Assembly (NCBI GenBank): GCA_012295275.1 | Contig: CM022672.1 | Span: 27,714,001 to 27,778,000 of the forward strand | Length of the DNA: 64,000 nt | Direction of reading: 5' to 3' | DNA from: Chrysomallon squamiferum | Lineage: Eukaryota; Animalia; Mollusca | Notes under the pieces: model-generated | What the model saw: the letters and a program-made list of their open reading frames with translations, nothing else | Database searches by the model: none | Told to the model about the DNA's origin: nothing | Translations under genes and position numbers: made by a program | In this document: positions 55,301 to 64,000 of the stretch, in pieces | Numbering within the stretch: the first letter of the stretch is position 1 | Layout of the letters: each line of letters begins with the position of its first letter

Positions 55301-56635
55301 TGTTGTTATTGTTATTATTACTTTATTTTATTTGATCTTACTTATTGAATTTGTTTTTGTAAAGCTAATATTTTGATTTTTTTTTATTAACCTCTTCTTA
55401 TGAAAATGTATAGGCATTTTTGTTTACCATTTAGGTGATGTGTTTCTTCTCCAGCATTCTTTAACCTTCTTCAATGACGTCACCTGTGAATTATAAAGCA
55501 GAAAATGCATGTTTAGACAACAATATTAACAGCCTGATGATTACATTAAAATGCATACACTCCCACCCAAATGCCGGCAAACCCCAAAAATGAAAAACCC
55601 ATTCCTGTCTTCATCTGTGTATTCTTCTCTTCATTTTCCTCCTGTCATCCTGTGAAAACAAAGCAAAGAAATGTCAGTATTTCATTTAACTAAAAATAAA
55701 AGAAATACAAAATTAATTCCATCATTACTAATATTACTGTTATTATTATCATCATAATAATCATTATTCTTATTATTCTCTTAGATGATGGTAAGGATGA
55801 CAGCATTGTTATTGTTCTTATTAACTTTATTACTGTCGTTATCAGTACTATTATTTTTGTTATTATTATTGCTACTATTATTATTATTATTATTATTATT
55901 TGTAGGCGTTTGTTTTTGTTGCATATTTGCTTTTTTGTGTGTTCTTTTATTGTCTAAAGTTTGTTTGTATTCTTGAGTGTTTTTCTTCCTGTGGTGCTGT
56001 CTACTTGTGTGTATTGTGTACCCTGTGCTGCTGTTGTTGTTTCTTGTTGTTTGGCTCTGGTGTTGTCTGTAGTTTGTGTACTGTATGTGTTTGTGTTTGT
56101 TTGTTTGAAAATATTGTAATTTGTTTGATGTGGTATGAGTCCTCTGGTGTTTTGTTTTGAATGCTATGCTGTGCTGCATTGTGTATGTTTGTTGTTCTTC
56201 CACATTTGTGTTTTATTTCTGAACATTGTGTGTGTATCTTTGTCTCTGTTTTGTATCTACTGTGCTGTTGCTGTGTTTGTTTTCTATTCAGTGATATTTT
56301 TATCAGTGTTTTGTGTGCCCTGAGCTGTTGCTGTCTGTGTTTTTTCCCTTGTCATCTATAGTGTGTGTATTGAATATGTGCTGAGGTGTGTTAGTTTTGT
56401 GTGATGTTGTGTGTTGTTTTGAATGTTTCGATGTGATATTTTGTCCTGCTTGCCCTATATCTGTAATGTATGCATTTTTATATGTTTGTTTTTGATGCAT
56501 GTTTGTATCTGATGTTGTCCATGTGTTAGTTTTGTGTACTCTGTGTGCTCCTCTCTGTGTTTTTTATTTCTGAATATGATGATGATGTTGATGATATTGT
56601 TGTTGTTGTTCTTATTGTCATTGTCATTATTATTA

Positions 56636-56687
<52 letters not shown>

Positions 56688-57150
56688 TTGTTGTTATTGT
56701 TATTATTACTTTATTTTATTTGATCTTACTTATTGAATTTGTTTTTGTAAAGCTAATATTTTTATTTTTTTTTATTAACCTCTTCTTATGAAAATGTGTA
56801 GGCATTTTTGTTTACCATTTAGGTGATGTGTTTCTTCCCCAGCGTTCTTTAACCTTCTTCAATGACGTCACCTGTGAATTATAAAGCAGAAAATGCATGT
56901 TTAGACAACAATATTAACAGTCTGATGACTACATTAAAATGCATACACTCCCACCCAAATGCCGGCAACCCCCAAAAATGAAAAACCCATTCCTGTCTTC
57001 ATCTGTGTATTCTTCTCTTCATTTTCCTCCTGTCATCCTGTGAAAACAAAGCAAAGAAATGTCAGTATTTCATTTAACTAAAAATAAAAGAAATACAAAA
57101 TTAATTCCATCATTACTAATATTACTGTTATTAATATCATTATTCTTATT
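32520..57150 (-). repeat. Macrosatellite: 18 near-identical ~1.38-kb tandem units, each with two exon-like cassettes
   Basis: Marker gtcacctgtgaattataaagc recurs at ~33351, 34732, 36102, 37493, 38866, 40228, 41630, 43020, 44415, 45802, 47194, 48599, 49995, 51355, 52731, 54124, 55479 and 56867. Length variation lies mainly in (ATT)n tracts. Confidence 0.98.
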
Positions 57151-57189
57151 ATTGTCTTAGATAATCATTATTCATTTGTTTTATTAACT

Positions 57190-57910
57190 TGTATTTTTTT
57201 GCTTTTTTGTGTGTTCTTTTATTGTCTAAAGTTTGTTTTTTTTGTCTTCTTTTATTGTCTAAAGTTTGTTTGTCTTCTTGAGTGTTTTTTGTACCCTGTG
57301 CTGCTGCTGTTTGTTGTTGTTTGGCTCTGGTGTTGTCTGTAGTTTGTGTACTGTATGTGTGTATATGTGTGTGTGTTTGTTTGAAAATATTGTAATTTGT
57401 TTGATGTGGTATGAGTCCTGTGGTGTTTTGTTTTGAATGCTATGCTGTGCTGCATTGTGTATGTTTGTTGTTCTTCCACATTTGTGTTTTATTTCTGATG
57501 TTGTGTGTGTATCTTTTTCTCTGTTTTGTATCTACTGTGCTGTTGCTGTGTTTTTTTTTCAGTGATATTTTTATCAGTGTTTTGTGTGCCCTGAACTGTT
57601 GCTGTCTGTGTTTTTTCCCTTGTCATCTCTAGTGTGTGTACTGAATATGTGCTGAGGTGTGTTAGTTTTGTGTGAGAGTTGTGTTTTGTGTGATGTTGTG
57701 TTTTATTTTGAATGTTTCGATGTGATATTTTGTCCTGCTTGCCCTATATCTGTAATGTATGCATTTTTATGTTTGTTTTTGATGCATGTTTGTGTCCGAT
57801 GTTGTCCATGTGTTAGTTTTGTGTACCCTGTGTGCTCCTCCCTGTGTTTTTTGTCTCTGAGAATGATGATGATGTTGTTGTTGTTGTTGTTCTTATTGTC
57901 ATTGTCATTA

Positions 57911-57970
<60 letters not shown>

Positions 57971-58940
57971 TTATTATTATTATGACTTTATTTCATTTTA
58001 TCTTACTTATTTAAATTTTGTTTTGTTTAGCCAATATTTAAATGTTTTTTTATTAATCTCTTCTTAACAAAATGTACAGGCATTTGTTTGTACCACTTAG
58101 GTGATGTGTTTTTCCTGTAGCATTCTTTCATCTGCTTTACCTGTGGATTATAAAGCAGAACATGTAAGAGTATACATCAGTATTAAGAATCTGATGTCTA
58201 TGATAAAATGCATACAGTCCAACCCAAATTCTGGCTACGCAATGAAAATGAAAAACCCATTCCTGACTTCATCTCTCGATTCTGGTCTTCATTTTGCTCT
58301 GGTCATCCTGTGATAACAAACTGAAGAAGTGTGAGTATTTCATTTAACAAACAAAATATTCCATCATTACTAGTGTTACTCTTATTATTATTTTTTTTAT
58401 TATTTTTTTTTATTATTATTCTTCTTTGATGATGATGTTATGATATTTTATTGTTGTTGTTCTCATTTTGTCATTTTCCGTATTATCATCATTATCATTA
58501 TTATTATTACTATTATTCTATTATTATTATTTTTATTATTACTAATTTGTTTTATTTTGTTTTATCTTACTTCTTTTAATTACTTTTTCTAAAACCATTA
58601 TTTATATTTTTTATTAATCTCTTCTTCACAGAATGAATAAGTATTTCTGTTTACCATTTAGGTGATGTGTTTCTCCTTCCTTTCCTTCCTTTCTGCATCT
58701 GGGGATTCTAAGGCAGAATATCATGTGTAGACATTGGTTTGACTATGCTAAAATGTATACTCTCCAACCCAAATGCTATGAGCCTATGAAAATGAAAAAC
58801 CCATTCCTGACTTCATCTGTGGATTCCTGTCTTCATTTTTTTTCTTGTGTTCTGAAGAAAACAGACCGAAGAAAAATTAGTATTTCATTTAACAAACTTT
58901 AAAACAAATACAAAATTAATTCCTTCATTACTAGTATTAC
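57190..58940 (-). repeat. Two diverged edge units of the array
   Basis: The same cassettes, with many substitutions, at 58095-58310 and 58655-58855; the second lacks the GT-rich block. Confidence 0.85.
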
Positions 58941-59022
58941 TTACTATTTTGATTATTATAATTTTGTTGTTGTTGTTGTTACTGTTGGTGCATCATTATT
59001 ATTGTGATTGTAAATAATATTA

Positions 59023-59073
<51 letters not shown>

Positions 59074-59429
59074 TTATTATCATTATCATTATCGTTATCA
59101 TTATCATCATCTTCTTTATAGCATTTCATTCTGAAAATTTAAAGTCTGGTGATTTATAGAAATATTTAAATGATGTATGACCATATATATTCAAGTTTAT
59201 GTAATCACTGTTAAAAAAGAAAAAATAACCAATAAAATAAACATTATTTAATTTGGTGTTTTTTTTGTAACTGATAAATATAATTATATAATATCTTAGA
59301 AAAACACAATTTAAGATTAGAGGTAACTTATTTTTATGGATTTCTTCCTTATATTTATTTATTTTACTTTGAATAAGTTTTAACTGCTTCGAAGTTAAAT
59401 ATTTATTTTAAAAAGTTTGTTTTCTTTTT

Positions 59430-60950
59430 CTGCACATTTGTTGTAGAAACGAAAATCCTCTCCAGCTACAATCTTCCAGTTTTCCAATTCACCATTTCCT
59501 CCTGTTGGACACTGAAAGACAATGAAACAGTGTATGAAAGTTTAGAAATAAATACATGTAAAAGAAAATTTTATTTATACTCTAGATTTAAACAAACATT
59601 TATTTACTTTTTGCTGGAAGTTGATCACATTATTGTTATTATTACTATTTTAGATTTTGATATCTCATTGAGAAATATTTATTATTTTATTTCAAGAACT
59701 CTCAATTTAATGTTCTATTTCTTTACAAAATCAAGGTGACTTGAATTAAAATATGCTTTCAATCCTGTGAAAGATTTAAATCAAAAATGTAAATAATAAT
59801 TTAATTACGAATATATTTAATTCTTAACTTAAACAAAATTATGTTTTACTCTTATTAATTATTATTGTTGTTGTTGTTGTTTTTTGTTAATTGTTGTTGT
59901 TGTTACTATTACTACTATTTCACTGTTTGATTTTCTGTTTTACGGAAAGTTCAACTTAAGAGAGCAGGAAATTTCACAAAGCAGGCAATAAGAAATTAAC
60001 TTTATGAAAACAATGAATGGATAAACAGCAGACCTGTTACTAACGTCCACTAAGATAACAACTAGTTATGTTTAATTACTCCATGGATTTGGGGCAAGTC
60101 TGTTAAAGATATTGGGAGCAGCCAATCTCTAACATGTCTGCCATATTTTCAAGTCACATTTATTAGTAACAGTCTTTTAAACATTACAGCAGTGTAATAT
60201 TAGTAACAGGTCTTACTGATTCACAGAAATATCAATAATATCACAGGCAGAGCAATATTTATTGATATCTTTCCCATTTACATAACTTATAATTTCATTA
60301 TGTACCTGCTTGTCATGTCTCCTTTTCTTGAACTGACTATAACATTATATTTTATTTTACAGAATGAAAACGGAATGGTTCAATCTTTTCTGTAAAGGAA
60401 TTTTTAGTATGCTGAATATTATCATGAATAACACTAAATAAAATGTTCTCTTTTATATTTACATATTTTGATTTTTCATTCTTTCACAGGATTATGAAAT
60501 AAGTTTAATAAATTTTTCCTCTCATTCATTTTAATTTATATAATTTTTCTTTCCATCATTACTTAACTTGGGTAACAAAAGAAATCCAATCCTCTCCACT
60601 AAATCATCAGTTGCAGTCTTCCAGTTTTCCAAGACACCGTTTCCTCCTGAGGATTTACATGTGACTGTGAAAAAAGAACAAATAATGTATGAAAGTTTAG
60701 GTATGTGATAATAAATATTAATAAAAGAAAATTTTATTTCATACTCAACATAACCAATTTAATATTTTTTTACAAGAACCAGTTGTTTGTAGATGTTTTC
60801 ATTATTATAATCATCATTATTACTAGTATTATTATTGTTGTTGTTGATTTAAGTAATTAGAAATCCAAAACTGTTCATATTTTTACCAAGCCATCCTTGT
60901 GATATTTTTGTCACATATGGAAACTGCAAAGCTTTCATTTCCAGATGATG
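59430..60950 (-). pseudogene. Upstream exon-like cassettes of the minus-strand gene family
   Basis: Acceptors tctttcag| (~59512) and ttttcacag| (~60665) precede the shared AGGAGGAAAYGGTG..TTGGAAAACTGGAAGA core. Block 60855-60945 matches the inverted 22745-22840. Confidence 0.55.
59948..60334 (+). ncRNA. Putative structured RNA element, copy 1 (~385 nt, unidentified family)
   Basis: Nested helices: agttcaa/ttgaact; aggaaatttcacaaagcagg/cctgcttgtcatgtctcct; agacctgttactaa/ttagtaacaggtct; hairpins at 60092-60142, 60183-60198 and 60226-60272. Confidence 0.55.
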
Positions 60951-61256
60951 TTGTTTTTGGACTGCTAAATAAAGAACGCAGCATTATGAATAAAACAAAT
61001 CCCACAGAAGTATTTTATAACTCTCACAAATTAATTTTCACTATTTTTTAAATTGTTTTAATTTTTTTTAATTTTTACCATTTAGATTTTGACATTCATT
61101 GATGTATAATTATTATTTGTTTTTAAAATTCAATTTCTTTACAGGATGTTTGACATTAATTAAGAAATAAAGTTTTATTCCAATTATTTACATGTTCATA
61201 ATTCTGTGAAAGATTTATTCAAAAGTGCAAATAATGATTTAAGTAAATTTAAATTC

Positions 61257-61314
<58 letters not shown>

Positions 61315-61644
61315 TATTTCAAAATCTGCAAGACAGATTCAATTGTTATATTTGTTTTCTAAATCTCTGTCCCCTTTTTAATAACTAGATTTAATTATCA
61401 AGCAGGATAAATCTAAATCTACTAATTACTATAAATTAAATATATATTTTTGAAATCTTAGTGATTTTAGATGAAAGGAATGTTATGTATCACTTCAGCT
61501 CAAAACAATGATTTGATATTTGATGATGGAGTGTAATGAATGATTCACAAAAACTTACTATGAAGAGGTTTGAATTGTATGTTGACGTATTCCTCGTTCT
61601 TACCTCTTATTTTTTTTTTTTTTTAACTTTTTAAACAGATATGA

Positions 61645-62031
61645 TTTCCAAGAAAAAGGAAATTTGACAAAGCAGGAAATGAAAGACATTAACTTTATGA
61701 ATGGATGAACAGCAGACCTGTTACTGACTTCCACTGACATAACAGCTAGATATGATTAATTAGACCACAGATAACGGACAAGTCTGTTAAAGATACTGGA
61801 GCAGCTAATCTCTAACACGTCTGCCGTATTTACAAACAAAACATAAAAGAATAAAAGTCTTTTACAGGTTACAGCAGTGTAATATCAGTAACAAGTCTGA
61901 CTGAAATATCAATAAATCACGGGCAGAGCAAATTATTGATATCTTTTCAATTTATACCACTTTTAAAATTTTTAAATATTTGATTTCATAATATCCCTGC
62001 TTGTCATTTCTCCTTTCCAACAGTTGGAACT
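61645..62031 (+). ncRNA. Putative structured RNA element, copy 2
   Basis: Diverged duplicate that keeps every helix: ttccaa/ttggaa; tgttactga/tcagtaaca; acgg..tgtta/taaca..ccgt; atatcaataa/ttattgatat. Confidence 0.55.
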
Positions 62032-62354
62032 AAGTGTTTTGCTTTTGAGATTATGATAGAAACTTTTAATAACAATTAAATAAATTGTAACTAATAATAC
62101 AACTGTTTAATCTACTTTTAGGTATTTTCTTATATAAATAAATACGACTGTAGTTTTAAAGCAATGATAAACGATTTAACTCAGTCTGGTATGATCATTT
62201 GCGTCAGTTGTTTCATAGTACTTTTAATCTTAATTACTCTGACGAAATATTTAAAAGAAAATTAGTGCTTTAATTACACCAGTTATTTAGATTAAAGACA
62301 ACTATCAGTAAGCTACTTTTTTCTATTTCTACCTATCTTAAATAAACGCTACTA

Positions 62355-62420
<66 letters not shown>

Positions 62421-62836
62421 TTGAATGACCTGTCAGTTTTGTTTATGTACTTATCTTATTTTTGTTTGTATGCGTTTTTGACTCCCTTTTTGTGAAAACG
62501 TCTGCTGGTTTATGGAAGAATCTTCATTCTAGAATTCATATTGAAATGAAAATAAATTGTTTTATAAGTGTAATGCAGTGATACAGAGAATGTTGATATC
62601 TAGGTTTACTTTGTTGATGTCGAGTTAAAACATCTATTTCTATCTACTGTGAAATTATGTAGTTTACTTACCACGAAACACTGAAAACCTACACCGAATG
62701 CATGTAACGAACATATTCTCCGCTTCACACTTTGGAAGTATATACTATGACTATAAAATATATGTCCAAAAAGTTTCAGTCCCATTAAACTGACGAATTT
62801 TTGTTTGAAATTAGTAATCGCGATTACTGACTTCTC

Positions 62837-62868
<32 letters not shown>

Positions 62869-64000
62869 CGTGTTTAAATATTCACAGAAATAACTAGTGA
62901 TTCTGAAAGTTGTTTTACTGCCTAAGATAAATCATAAAAGTTACCATAATATCGTTTTCAAAGATGTGTTATTTCTATCATGGCGACCCAAGCCGATCAT
63001 GTGACCAACCAACCAAAACACGTGCAGTAACATATAAACTCATTTCACTGTGTATTCGTAATATAATAAAATATCATCGGAGGAAACTAGTTAAAGCATT
63101 AATTGCAAAGAAAATGCCAGGCTGTAAACAAAATACCCAGAAACATCTTGATGATAATAACAGCTTTATGCATAAGTCATTAAAATCTTACTAAAAAGTT
63201 AATTCCCCCTTCTTCCCGTAGCACCATAGTTAAGCTTCAGAAATAGTTTGTGTCTTGAGAATTTTATACGCGGCAGCAACTGTTCAGTTTAATATCTTTA
63301 TCATACAGTGTAAGGCGTGTTATTTATTTATTTTATTTTTATATATTTTTTATTATTTATTTATTTATTTATTAGCATGGTAATAGTTGCATACAAATAC
63401 GTTTTAATTTGTTTTTATAAAAAATTATTTATTTATTTATTTATTTGTTTAGTATCAGTATGGTAAATATGGGTCTCATACTAATCAGTTTCTTTTATTT
63501 TTCTAATTTTTTTTTCTTTTTTTTTTTTTACATCACAAACACAACAATAAACAGAAATTCTGCCTTTTCACTGCCAGCGATGCCAAACAATATTTTTATT
63601 GGCATTTAATAATAAGACACATTTTCGTATAACCATCGCAATCAAGATGCTCTAAATGCATGTGTTATAAAACGGGAAGACATGAAAATGAGTTTGTGAA
63701 AATAATGCATTTGGATGCAAAGGACTGTTTCATTTCTTCCAGGGCTTTAAGAATGGTCTGAATTTCAGCAGTGAAAACCGATGCCGAATCGCACAGTCTC
63801 ATGAAAAAGGTTACGTCCGGCTGAAAAACTGCAGCACAAGCTACAGAATTCCCGTCCCGGAATCCATCCTTTATTAGTAAACAGGGATAAAATCACGGAA
63901 TCTTTCTTTTACTTCTATGAAAAATTGATGATAAATAATGATCTGTGCTATCTCTTCTATGATGCACAAGATCCAGCATAATGTTTGGTGGCTTAACACA

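Noticed and set aside
30426-57985. Dozens of Cys/Val/Leu-rich and Thr/Gln/His-rich ORFs
   Set aside because: They are translations of TG/CA-rich and (ATT)n low-complexity DNA, and the frames shift freely between array units.
60189-60196. Iron-responsive element (CAGTGT)
   Set aside because: The flanks do not form the 5-bp upper stem with bulged C; the hexamer is part of a different hairpin.
60015-60275. Hammerhead ribozyme in the structured element (GAAA-stem-AUC present)
   Set aside because: No CUGANGA correctly placed 5' of stem II in either copy (tggataaa / tggatgaa).

Overview
This is AT-rich, microsatellite-dense animal genomic DNA with spliceosomal introns. A mollusc-like invertebrate is my guess, not proven. 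Almost all ORFs in the supplied track are artefacts of (AT)n, (GT)n and (ATT)n tracts and tandem repeats. Supported content: (1) a secreted thermolysin-family (M4, LasB/vibriolysin-like) zinc metalloprotease gene on the minus strand (13661-15894), with a spliced signal-peptide exon and one 1-bp frameshift, a likely domesticated horizontal transfer from bacteria; (2) a CpG-rich promoter/first exon with a perfect CLEAR/E-box palindrome at ~7.8-8.0 kb; (3) DNA transposon relics (Tc1, a pogo/Tigger end, a hAT/Buster element with TIRs and 8-bp TSD, a hAT MITE); (4) several minisatellites; (5) an ~25-kb array of 18 near-identical ~1.38-kb units, each with two exon-like cassettes, belonging to a multi-exon, apparently non-coding or decayed gene family with an inverted paralog at 21.7-24.4 kb; (6) two copies of a ~385-nt element at 60 kb and 61.8 kb that fold into the same nested structure with compensatory base changes.
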